A stretch of 64,000 nt of DNA. It comes from Candidatus Latescibacterota bacterium. GTDB lineage: Bacteria > Latescibacterota > UBA2968 > UBA8231. Location: the NCBI GenBank assembly GCA_963422735.1, contig OY730476.1, positions 2,592,001 to 2,656,000 on the forward strand, in the 5' to 3' direction. Within the stretch, counting starts at the first letter, position 1, and the number at the start of each line of letters is the position of its first letter. A program made the position numbers and the translations under genes. Below are positions 1 to 8,644 of the stretch, in pieces. The notes beneath the pieces are model-generated. The model had not been told where the DNA came from, searched no databases, and saw only the letters and a list, made by a program, of their open reading frames with translations.

Positions 1-786
1 GGCATTGCCTATGGGGATTACGACAATGACCTGTACCAAGACATACTAGTCACCAACTTCTGGGAGCAGACCAATACGCTTTACCACAACGACCGCGGCG
101 CATTCTTTTCCGACCTCAGCTTTGACGCCGGCGTGGGCAAGGAGAGTTTTCAGTTTTTGGCTTGGGGCACCGAGTTTTTCGACTATGACAACGACGGCGA
201 TAAAGATCTCTTCGTCGCCAATGGCCATCTCTTTCCACAATTGGACAGGGCTAATCTAGGCACTAGCTATGCCCAGACCAATCAACTCTTCGAAAACTTG
301 GGCGACGGCACCTTCGCCGAAGTATCGCAGCTATCGGGGGAGGGCTTGAGGATTAAAAAAGTGAGCAGAGGGGCTTCCTTTGGGGATTACGACGAAGATG
401 GGGATCTGGACATATTTGTCCTGAATCTAAACGATCGCCCCACTTTGCTGCGCAACGACAGCGGCAATACAAACAACTGGTTGGTGGTCAGAACTATAGG
501 GACTGAAAGCAACAGAGATGGTATAGGGGCCAAGATTGAGGTCCGCTGTGGGGAGCTCACGCAAAGCGCCGAAATCCGGAGCGGTGCTAGTTATCTTTCG
601 CACAACGACTTGAGGGCCCATTTCGGCTTGGGGCAGAGAGAGGCTATCGACTTGTTGGTAGTGCGCTGGCCAAGTGGCCTAGAAGAACGGTTTGAAAATC
701 TCTCTGCCAATAGACTCGTGGTGCTTCAAGAGGGCGAGGGCATTGTGGCACCGCGTCCAAGTAAGAAGGGAGCGTTCGGCGATTGA
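1..786 (+). CDS. CRTAC1/ASPIC-UnbV family protein (FG-GAP repeats), 5'-truncated by window edge
   Basis: Frame 1 is open from base 1 (GIAYGDYDNDLYQDILVTNF...). Repeated DYDNDGDxDL FG-GAP motifs; C-terminal ASPIC/UnbV motif NRDGIGAKIEV...SYLS...HFGLG...VRWPSG. Confidence 0.9.
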   Translation, partial: GIAYGDYDNDLYQDILVTNFWEQTNTLYHNDRGAFFSDLSFDAGVGKESFQFLAWGTEFFDYDNDGDKDLFVANGHLFPQLDRANLGTSYAQTNQLFENLGDGTFAEVSQLSGEGLRIKKVSRGASFGDYDEDGDLDIFVLNLNDRPTLLRNDSGNTNNWLVVRTIGTESNRDGIGAKIEVRCGELTQSAEIRSGASYLSHNDLRAHFGLGQREAIDLLVVRWPSGLEERFENLSANRLVVLQEGEGIVAPRPSKKGAFGD

Positions 787-1005
787 TTGTTACGGATTCC
801 GTTTCCCTCGCTGAGAAGCTCAGTGCGGGGAGATCAAGAGTCTGCATGATTTTACACAACTTACTGATAATATTATAGATAGTGATGATTTCGCCGTCTT
901 ACTGGTGTAGAAATCCCAGGATGTAACCATGAATCCGGGTGTTCACCAAGTGTTCATCAATAGTTTACAATCGCCTAAGACGCCCAATAAGCGTCAGCAA
1001 TTAGC

Positions 1006-1034
1006 TTGATATTTTGGTATTTTCTTTTTATCAT
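1006..1034 (+). promoter_or_regulatory. possible sigma70 promoter
   Basis: TTGATA-17 nt-TATCAT in the AT-rich intergenic region upstream of the 1196 gene. Confidence 0.35.
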
Positions 1035-1195
1035 AACTGTGATTTTCTCGCAAAAATTGTGTATTCGCTATTTTATTTTGTAGCTTCGCTTACCGTGCCA
1101 CTGAAATTATTTGAGAGGAGGAGATAAAAAATCCCTTTAAGCAACCAACCGCCAACCGCTCAAAAAGCAGTTTTCTCACTAAGAAAGGATCTTGG

Positions 1196-2125
1196 GTGAT
1201 GAACAGAGCAATGAGTTATAGCTTCTTGGCATTGAGTTTTGTCCTTTTCACGGTCGCGTCCAGCTCGGCTCACCTGCGGGCAGACAGAAATTGGGCCGCT
1301 GTTCAGGTGCCTATTGGCGTCGATGGCGTAAGAGATGTCCAGATGGACGGAGACATAAGCGAATGGGACAACGTGCCCTCAGTCTTCTGGGTGACCCATG
1401 AGGATCTAATCGAGACCGTCACTGGCACTCAAGGGGATCCCGACCCTTCCAATCTGGCCGAGCGCATCATTTTTGGCTGGAGTCCAGTGACCAACATTTT
1501 GTATTTCATGGAGGAAAGGTTCGACGACCTCTTTTACGGGACCATCGAAAATAATTTCGATACGGTCGAGGTGACCTTAGACTTCGACCACAGCGGTGAC
1601 GCCATTTTCCAAAATGTGGCTTCGGCGGATTTGGATCCGGAAAGGTGGGAAGGGGCCCTATCCCAGAACTACCGCTATCAGCTAGACAAAGAGAATCAAA
1701 TGTGGCTCTGGGGGGGAGCTCCGTGGGCTGGAGTCGAGCCTTATTCCGGTGCTAAATGGAGTTTTGAGGGCGATATCAACGGCGGTGCCGGAACCCTGTT
1801 CATGGAGATGTGGTTCACTCCCTTCGACGATTTGCCTACCAGCTCTACGGGCATAGAGGACGAGGATGTGATCGTCCACACTATGGCGGCAGGCGAAATC
1901 ATGGGTATCGGTTTTGCCGTTCAGGACGATGACGACGGTGCCGAAGGTACGTACAGCGGCTACTGGACCAACAGCGGCGATACGGAACTCTACTTCAAAG
2001 CTACCGCTATGGTTGACTATGTCCTGCTCCCCTTTGATGAGAGCATCTGGGTAGCGGGCGAAGACGTGGGCACTGCCGTCGAGTCGGATAGCTGGGGGGA
2101 CATCAAGGCAAGTTTTTCCCGCTAA
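1196..2125 (+). CDS. secreted acidic protein, CBM9/DOMON-like sugar-binding fold, with C-terminal WGxIK tail
   Basis: Signal peptide (FLALSFVLFTVASSSA|H); MDGDISEW and GFAVQDDD motifs typical of CBM9-like domains; ends TAVESDSWGDIKASFSR. Confidence 0.65.
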   Translation: MMNRAMSYSFLALSFVLFTVASSSAHLRADRNWAAVQVPIGVDGVRDVQMDGDISEWDNVPSVFWVTHEDLIETVTGTQGDPDPSNLAERIIFGWSPVTNILYFMEERFDDLFYGTIENNFDTVEVTLDFDHSGDAIFQNVASADLDPERWEGALSQNYRYQLDKENQMWLWGGAPWAGVEPYSGAKWSFEGDINGGAGTLFMEMWFTPFDDLPTSSTGIEDEDVIVHTMAAGEIMGIGFAVQDDDDGAEGTYSGYWTNSGDTELYFKATAMVDYVLLPFDESIWVAGEDVGTAVESDSWGDIKASFSR

Positions 2126-2155
2126 GGAGAACAAGTAAAAGAAAATGAGCAGTTT

Positions 2156-2185
2156 GGGGGCGAGGTCATCTTCGCCCCCTTTTTT
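2156..2185 (+). terminator. Rho-independent terminator
   Basis: GGGGGCGAGG-TCAT-CTTCGCCCCC hairpin followed by T6. Confidence 0.8.
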
Positions 2186-2203
2186 AATAATCTTGCCAAA
2201 GGA

Positions 2204-4159
2204 TTGGGCATGGTCCCACCTAAGTCACTAGGGTTACTTTTACTCGCTTTGCTAGGTGTCGGCCTCTGGCCTCAAAATGTCTCCGGCGTGGTTATTTATA
2301 GAATTGGCACCCCCTTTTCAACAGCAGAAAAGGACAGCCTTGAAGGCCTCGGCATCGACTTCAAGGAAATTGACTGGTCGGTCTCCCAACTGCAGGATGC
2401 CCTCGAGCTGGACTCTTTGCAGGCGGGTTCACTGCAACCTAACTACTTTGATGAGGACGAGGACATCGCCGCAACCCTCTTGAGCCGAGGTGGCTGGGTA
2501 AGGGTGCGGCTTTTCGCCAATCAAAATCAACTGATTGGAGAGGTACTCGTCGATGGCGATCCGACCACAGCCCTTACGTGGCCAGCCGTAGCTCCAGAGA
2601 GTTTTCATGTGGGTACGGCGCGGACCCTCAGTGAACAATTGACTTTTGATTTAGGCGGGCGATTTCTCATCCGGGAAGTGAGATTTCGCCCTCTGGCGGA
2701 AAAGCCAGAGCACTTTGTGGAGCAGTTCTCCATTGGCACCCTCGATAGTAGGCTGGTCAATATTGGCAACAGAATGTCCAATTTCCCGACCATAGCCGAA
2801 GTAAAGGAAAACACCGAACCTGAAGTCAGCGTGATTTTAGACCCGCCGATATCGACTCAAACGGTCCAATTGCTGATTTTTCGCGAAACACCCAAGGAAA
2901 TAGGGCTCGCCGATTTTGAACTCTACGGCGGTGGTTTCTTAGCCCGAGCCTCGTATGAGTCCGAGATAGTCGAATTGGGCGAGCTGGCCAGTTGGGGCGA
3001 GATTCGCTGGTCGGGCCGGCAAGATGCGGACGCCCGGATCGATATCCGCACCCGGACGGGAGCAGACCCACATCCCGATATTTTTTGGCAACTGCGACCC
3101 GAGCAGCAAGACAGTGTGCAATTTCTCGATGGCGGTAGCGACTTGACCCTGAGCGAATACAAGAACCAGTACCGCAAGTTGCTCGACGTTCTCAAACCAG
3201 TAGAACCCCGGGATAGAGTAAGCCCCGATACGGAAAACTGGAGTTTCTGGTCCAGTCCTTATCTGTTTGAAAACTTGGGGACCAGTATCGTTTCTCCTAG
3301 TCCTCGCCAATTTTTCCAACTCAAAGTGGACTTCTTGTCTACTGTCGAGGATGGAGGTAAGATCGATTATGTCGAGTTCAAGGCCTCTGTGCCGCCGGCT
3401 GTGCGCAGCTTGGTGGGAGAAATTTTCCCGGTAGATACCCAAGTGGGGCAGGCGACGCATTTCACCTATTTCATCCGGCCTACCATCCGGGCCGGCGATA
3501 TGGGCTTTGACAGCGTGGAGATTTCCACGCCCTCGGGGGTGATTTCAGTTGATTCGCTGCGCATAGACGGCATCAACTACGACGATTTTGTCTGGGCGAA
3601 AACCGCGGATGGCCTAGGCTTTGAGATCAACTTTCCGCGTCAGCTAGAGCCTACCGACAGTGGATCCCTGATCGAGGTGGTGTTCAACGCACCGGTGCTG
3701 CGGGAAGTGGGTACGCTGTTTACTGGTAAGGTGTTCAATAGCGCCGAGCCAAACGAGGTACGCCAACGCATCAATCCGGGCAACGCCGCCGACGAGATTG
3801 AGAGCGACGGAATTTCAGTTAAAACATCGCTGATCAGTTCACTGGTATTTGCACCGCAGATTGGGCCCAATCCCTTTACGCCCAACGGCGATGCCATCAA
3901 TGACGTGGCGCATATTTCCTATAAGCTCTTGCGGGTGACATCTCAAGTTCCGGTCTCCGTGGAAATCTTCGACCTGTCCGGCCAGCTAGTTAAGCAAATA
4001 TACGCCGGGGACATTCCTATCGGAGAGTATTCCCACCCTTGGGATGGAACAGACCGTTCCAACCGGCTGGTACCCCCGGGACTCTACTTGTATCGAATAG
4101 CGGTAGCCATCCAAGCAGAAGAGGGCATCAAGAGCGGCGTTATAGCCGTGGCCTATTGA
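2204..4159 (+). CDS. secreted protein with discoidin-like N-region and C-terminal FlgD-Ig/type-B (gliding-motility) CTD, paralog 1
   Basis: Signal peptide; FDLGGRFLIREVRFRP; WSFWSSPY...SPSPRQFFQ; PNPFTPNGDAIND...IFDLSGQLVK...WDGTD...VPPGLYLY. Confidence 0.75.
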   Translation: MGMVPPKSLGLLLLALLGVGLWPQNVSGVVIYRIGTPFSTAEKDSLEGLGIDFKEIDWSVSQLQDALELDSLQAGSLQPNYFDEDEDIAATLLSRGGWVRVRLFANQNQLIGEVLVDGDPTTALTWPAVAPESFHVGTARTLSEQLTFDLGGRFLIREVRFRPLAEKPEHFVEQFSIGTLDSRLVNIGNRMSNFPTIAEVKENTEPEVSVILDPPISTQTVQLLIFRETPKEIGLADFELYGGGFLARASYESEIVELGELASWGEIRWSGRQDADARIDIRTRTGADPHPDIFWQLRPEQQDSVQFLDGGSDLTLSEYKNQYRKLLDVLKPVEPRDRVSPDTENWSFWSSPYLFENLGTSIVSPSPRQFFQLKVDFLSTVEDGGKIDYVEFKASVPPAVRSLVGEIFPVDTQVGQATHFTYFIRPTIRAGDMGFDSVEISTPSGVISVDSLRIDGINYDDFVWAKTADGLGFEINFPRQLEPTDSGSLIEVVFNAPVLREVGTLFTGKVFNSAEPNEVRQRINPGNAADEIESDGISVKTSLISSLVFAPQIGPNPFTPNGDAINDVAHISYKLLRVTSQVPVSVEIFDLSGQLVKQIYAGDIPIGEYSHPWDGTDRSNRLVPPGLYLYRIAVAIQAEEGIKSGVIAVAY

Positions 4160-4204
4160 TTTTCAATCGCCCCCAGATGAGTAAATACGTGGGAGACCAA
4201 TGCC

Positions 4205-6856
4205 ATGGCATGGCAGAGAACATTCAAGCTGGCGAGCACTAGCTTGGTCTGTCTCTTAGGTAGAATGATCCTAGGGGAAGTGGCTTGGGGGCAAGAGGGC
4301 TTTTCTATCCAAGACGGCGCTGCTATCATCGAGTCTAGGGATCACTGGGCTCGTTGGCAGTCGGTGGCAAAGACCATCCAGATCACCGAGGAAGGCGCAA
4401 AACCCGCCTTTATACGCAAGAGCACCAAGCTCGAAGTAGAGGGCAACGAAGTGATAGTCCCCGGCATTAACGCAGTCTTGAATGCCGCCGAGTTCGGCGG
4501 CGGGATATGGGATGCCGGCTCCAACCGCTTAAGCGCAGAAAACCTCATGGACGGTAGGATGGACACCTACTGGGAGCCGGACACTTCCGCCCCTCTTAGG
4601 GATTGGTGGGTGCAAATCGATTTAGGGCGGGCCGTATCGGCCAATAAGATCGTCCTCAAGTTTGTCGGGGAGGATTTGGGAGACCCCTTTCTCCAGTTTA
4701 AGATCCTCACCTCCCAAGGGGAGACCATCATCGGCCCGCTGGTGTACAGGAAACGCTTCTCAACGGACAAGCCCATCAAGAACGAACGGGTCTTTGAAGT
4801 TGATTTGACCAGCCAGTTGCCCACCAAATGGCCACAGGTGCGCGGGGATTTTACCGGCGATGTGATCCGGTTCGTCTCTGTCGGCGTCACGGACAGCGAT
4901 TTTGGCAAGGCAAGACAAGTTTCTCAGTCCGATTACGAAGGCCTCGACCTCGACCAACAGGGCGATATAGAATACTTACGCCGAGAAGCCTCGGGAAGGC
5001 TGAGATTGTTGGAGGGACGCGAGGATTGGGAGGCCTTGGCCAGCAATAATAGTCAAGGCCCTGTCGTCTATTATCGCCGCGAGTTACCCCGCTTGGCGGA
5101 AGTGGAAGTCTGGTCAATCGGCGACAATATCGGCATCGGCGTACTGGAACGAGGTGGCAAGGTGACGAGTTGGGAAAACAACGGGGCTGAGGGTGTGGTG
5201 GTGGACGGGGTAATATACAGCGTAGCAAAGGCGTTGTATTGGCCCGCTCAAGGTGGGTACAATCCCGATAGGCTGCTTCCTTCGCAGCCACCGGATGTCG
5301 AGCGTGCCTTAGTGGTGGACCTGGGAGGGGCCTTCTTCTTAGACAATATCCGCGTACTCCAAGCCAGCAGTAGCCCCCCTGGGCCTTTTCGCGCCTACCG
5401 CATTGAAGTATCAGATGGCTCCACCAATGCTGGCGGGAGCTTGGCGTGGGAAACCGTGGGATCGCTCGACAATATCAATGGGAGCGAGTCGTATCACGAT
5501 TTTAAGTTCCCACTCACCAAAGTCGAGCATTTTTCTTTTACCTATAAGCTCCATGTAAGGGCCGGACGCCACGGCTTGTCAGAGGTTCAGTTTTTCGGTG
5601 AGGGGTACATGCCTGAGTCCCGGATCGAATCGGTCTTTGACGGGCCTTCGGCGTTCATAGAATTGGGGGCCACTCCCCAAAATTTGGCGTCTATAGAGTG
5701 GGATGCGGATATACCGCCGGGTACGGATATTATTCTTCAGACCCGGACCGGCAATACGGTCAAAACGACTACGCTTTACTATAAAAAGAACGGTGAGTTG
5801 TATCCGGGCACCGAAGAAGAGGCAGCGGAAGCTCACGCTACGGATAAAAAATTCTTCGGGGATGCTTCTGTTGGACCCGTCGCTACCCAGACCAACCCAG
5901 GCAGCGATTGGAGCAGTTGGAGCCAACGCTATTTCGATTCGGGAGACAAAATCACCTCGCCCAGTCCGCGTAAATTCGTCGCCATCCGAGCGACCTTTCT
6001 CACGGAAAATCCCCTCGTGGCAGCTACACTGCGTTGGGTGAAACTCAACTTTGTAACGCCAGTCGCCAAAACAGTTGTTGGCGAGGTGCTGCCCGCCCAA
6101 CTCGAGGTAATTGGTGCTGAGCAACTATTTTCCTATTTCGTCCGCACGACCTTCGAGCCGGCCAACGAGGGCTTTGACGAGATTCTTATTGAAGCTCCCT
6201 CCAGCGTCAAAATGAAATTCAAGCAAGCCCATCTGAGCCTCACAGGGCAGCCAACTCAAACCTATACCGCTCAAAGCGAGGGCTTTGAGGTCATGTCTGA
6301 TGATTCCGATTCCCTTTGGGTGCGTCTGCCCACTCCTATCAAAGGGACCGACGAGGCCGCGTTGATTGAGCTTCAGTTTGAAGCGACCATATTCGATTTT
6401 ACCACATTCTTCAATGGCTCTATCGGCTATTCTTCCATTCCCAATTCGTGGCAAAGAGTGGACCCGGGCGATGCAAACGAGATCACGGATAGCGAAAAAA
6501 CCGTGATTTTGGCCCTTGAAAGAGGTGCGGTACTGGGGGATATCGAAGTAAAAAATGAAATCTTCACCCCTAACGGCGACGGCATCAACGACGATATGGC
6601 TGTGAGTTTTTCACTCATGCGAGTGAAGTCATCAACGCCGTTACAGGTGAAAATATACGATCTAGGTGGGCGTCTCGTTCACCAACTGCGCGATGAGTAC
6701 ATAACCACGGGACGGCATTCCGTGGCCTGGACCGGAGTCAATGAATCCGGGGCTTTGGTGCCCCCTGGCATATATGTGCTGAGGACCGACATTACGGTCG
6801 ATTCAAAATCGAGTAGAAATACCTCGGACTACCGCTTAGTGCATGTCTCCTATTGA
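4205..6856 (+). CDS. secreted discoidin-like + FlgD-Ig/CTD protein, paralog 2
   Basis: Two DLG-type discoidin motifs (IDLGRAVSANKIVLKF, VDLGGAFFLDNIRV); WSSWSQRY...SPSPRKF; FTPNGDGIND...IYDLGGR...VPPGIYV. Confidence 0.75.
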   Translation: MAWQRTFKLASTSLVCLLGRMILGEVAWGQEGFSIQDGAAIIESRDHWARWQSVAKTIQITEEGAKPAFIRKSTKLEVEGNEVIVPGINAVLNAAEFGGGIWDAGSNRLSAENLMDGRMDTYWEPDTSAPLRDWWVQIDLGRAVSANKIVLKFVGEDLGDPFLQFKILTSQGETIIGPLVYRKRFSTDKPIKNERVFEVDLTSQLPTKWPQVRGDFTGDVIRFVSVGVTDSDFGKARQVSQSDYEGLDLDQQGDIEYLRREASGRLRLLEGREDWEALASNNSQGPVVYYRRELPRLAEVEVWSIGDNIGIGVLERGGKVTSWENNGAEGVVVDGVIYSVAKALYWPAQGGYNPDRLLPSQPPDVERALVVDLGGAFFLDNIRVLQASSSPPGPFRAYRIEVSDGSTNAGGSLAWETVGSLDNINGSESYHDFKFPLTKVEHFSFTYKLHVRAGRHGLSEVQFFGEGYMPESRIESVFDGPSAFIELGATPQNLASIEWDADIPPGTDIILQTRTGNTVKTTTLYYKKNGELYPGTEEEAAEAHATDKKFFGDASVGPVATQTNPGSDWSSWSQRYFDSGDKITSPSPRKFVAIRATFLTENPLVAATLRWVKLNFVTPVAKTVVGEVLPAQLEVIGAEQLFSYFVRTTFEPANEGFDEILIEAPSSVKMKFKQAHLSLTGQPTQTYTAQSEGFEVMSDDSDSLWVRLPTPIKGTDEAALIELQFEATIFDFTTFFNGSIGYSSIPNSWQRVDPGDANEITDSEKTVILALERGAVLGDIEVKNEIFTPNGDGINDDMAVSFSLMRVKSSTPLQVKIYDLGGRLVHQLRDEYITTGRHSVAWTGVNESGALVPPGIYVLRTDITVDSKSSRNTSDYRLVHVSY

Positions 6857-8606
6857 TCTTCTACGATCCGAGAGGAACAGGTTGAACGAACCACCGTTGG
6901 TCAGGACAGCGCTATTAGCGTTTTCTTGTCTATTGCAGGGACTTGCACCGATCCAAGTCTATGGAGAGACGATCGTCCTTGGAGGCCGTCCAGGTACTCT
7001 AGCCTGGGATGGCCATTATTCCGAGACATCGGTTATCGATTTTGACACCAACCCCGGCCAAATTCAGCCTGCTCAGACAGGTCCCGAAGACAATATCGCC
7101 CTGAAAATATTTGAAAGAGGAGGGGCCGTAACGTCGCCTAACGCGAGAATAGTGCTCGAAATATCCCAGAGTCTTTTGAAGGAACGATTGGCACATATGG
7201 TCAGTGGCGATACGACCAAGGCATTTGAAGTGAAGGGCGGTTCCCCTACAGGCGTTATATTTAGGATAGATTTGGGCGAGCGCTTGGGGGTCAATCGGAT
7301 CAAATTTTTCCCTCGGAAGGGGTTTGAAGAGTTTCTCCTGAAAGGCTATGAATTGTTGCTGAACGACGGCAGCGAGGAGCAGAAAACCCTAGCCGGAACG
7401 CCGGATTTCAAGGTTTTTAAGACCGAGGAACGCAACCTCGAGCCAACCGTTGACCTAGACCTGCCCCTGCAGTTTGTTCGTTTCATAGAGGTGAAGCAAC
7501 TAGTGCGAGGGGAGTGGGAGATTGACGAGTTTCAAGTCTTTGGCGCGGGTTTCGCCTCTAAGGCATCGTATACCTCAAGAGTGTTCGATCGAGGACAGCC
7601 CGCTATCTTTGGCGACATAACATGGGCTAGGGGAAGCATCGGCGAACCAACAAAAACGGATGCCATCTTATCGACCCGGAGTGGCAAGACACCGGATCCC
7701 AGCGATTCGCTGTCTTGGAGCGCTTGGTCCTCTCCCTATCCTGCTGGAGTCCACACGGCTATTGAATCACCAGCCCCGCGTCGTTTTTTTCAGTTCCGTT
7801 TACTTCTTAAGACCAGCGATATCCTAGCGGCGGCGACAGTTGATTCCCTCGCCTTTGAGGTGTCCCCAGCCCTAGCCGACTCGCTGGTGGGTGAGATATG
7901 GCCCCAAAGTGCTCTGATCGGGCAGAATACCTCCTTTACTTATGCCGTGAGAACCGTCAACAGCCGAGGCTTTAACCGTCTCAACCTAAAGACTATGGCA
8001 CCGGTAGATGTAGTGCGATCCGTGCAAATAGATGGAACCGATGTCGAATGGGAAAAGGCGGATACAGACGATGGGGTCCAAATTAGCTTCCCCCGGATTG
8101 TGGGGAACCGCACTTTGCGGGTCGCCTTTGAGAACGTGGCATTGCAGTACAATACCTTTTTTGCCGGCAGAGTCTTTGATAGCCAAAAACCGGACAATCT
8201 GCCCCAGGTAGTCACTGAGGGAGACGCAGCCTCTGATTTTGAGGCGCAAGGGGACGACCTTTCGGTCGAGATCTCGGTGGGCAAAGACCTCATTCATTTC
8301 ATGGAAGTGGCTCCCGTCCCTTTTACTCCCAACGGCGATGGCCTAAATGATGAAGTCCTAGTGACCTACGACATAGTCAACCTGACGGGTGGTGCTTTGG
8401 TTTCGTTGGAGATATACGATCTTTCTGGAAGACGTGTAAAGGCGATCTATTCAGGGTTGGATCCCAGTAGGAGATACCAAAGGGCTTGGGATGGAACGGA
8501 CGAGAGCGGGGCCAAGGTGCTACCCGGAACCTATTTGGTGCGAGTGGAAATTGATGCAGATTCAGGAGCTGAGAGTAAAACAAAAATTGTCCCAATAGTC
8601 TATTGA
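6843..8606 (+). CDS. secreted discoidin-like + FlgD-Ig/CTD protein, paralog 3
   Basis: IDLGERLGVNRIKFFP; WSAWSSPY...SPAPRRFFQ; PFTPNGDGLND...IYDLSGRRVK...WDGTD. True start may be downstream. Confidence 0.75.
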   Translation: MSPIDLLRSERNRLNEPPLVRTALLAFSCLLQGLAPIQVYGETIVLGGRPGTLAWDGHYSETSVIDFDTNPGQIQPAQTGPEDNIALKIFERGGAVTSPNARIVLEISQSLLKERLAHMVSGDTTKAFEVKGGSPTGVIFRIDLGERLGVNRIKFFPRKGFEEFLLKGYELLLNDGSEEQKTLAGTPDFKVFKTEERNLEPTVDLDLPLQFVRFIEVKQLVRGEWEIDEFQVFGAGFASKASYTSRVFDRGQPAIFGDITWARGSIGEPTKTDAILSTRSGKTPDPSDSLSWSAWSSPYPAGVHTAIESPAPRRFFQFRLLLKTSDILAAATVDSLAFEVSPALADSLVGEIWPQSALIGQNTSFTYAVRTVNSRGFNRLNLKTMAPVDVVRSVQIDGTDVEWEKADTDDGVQISFPRIVGNRTLRVAFENVALQYNTFFAGRVFDSQKPDNLPQVVTEGDAASDFEAQGDDLSVEISVGKDLIHFMEVAPVPFTPNGDGLNDEVLVTYDIVNLTGGALVSLEIYDLSGRRVKAIYSGLDPSRRYQRAWDGTDESGAKVLPGTYLVRVEIDADSGAESKTKIVPIVY

Positions 8607-8644
8607 TCATTCCCATTTTACCTGAAAGCTAGGGCGAAACTCTC

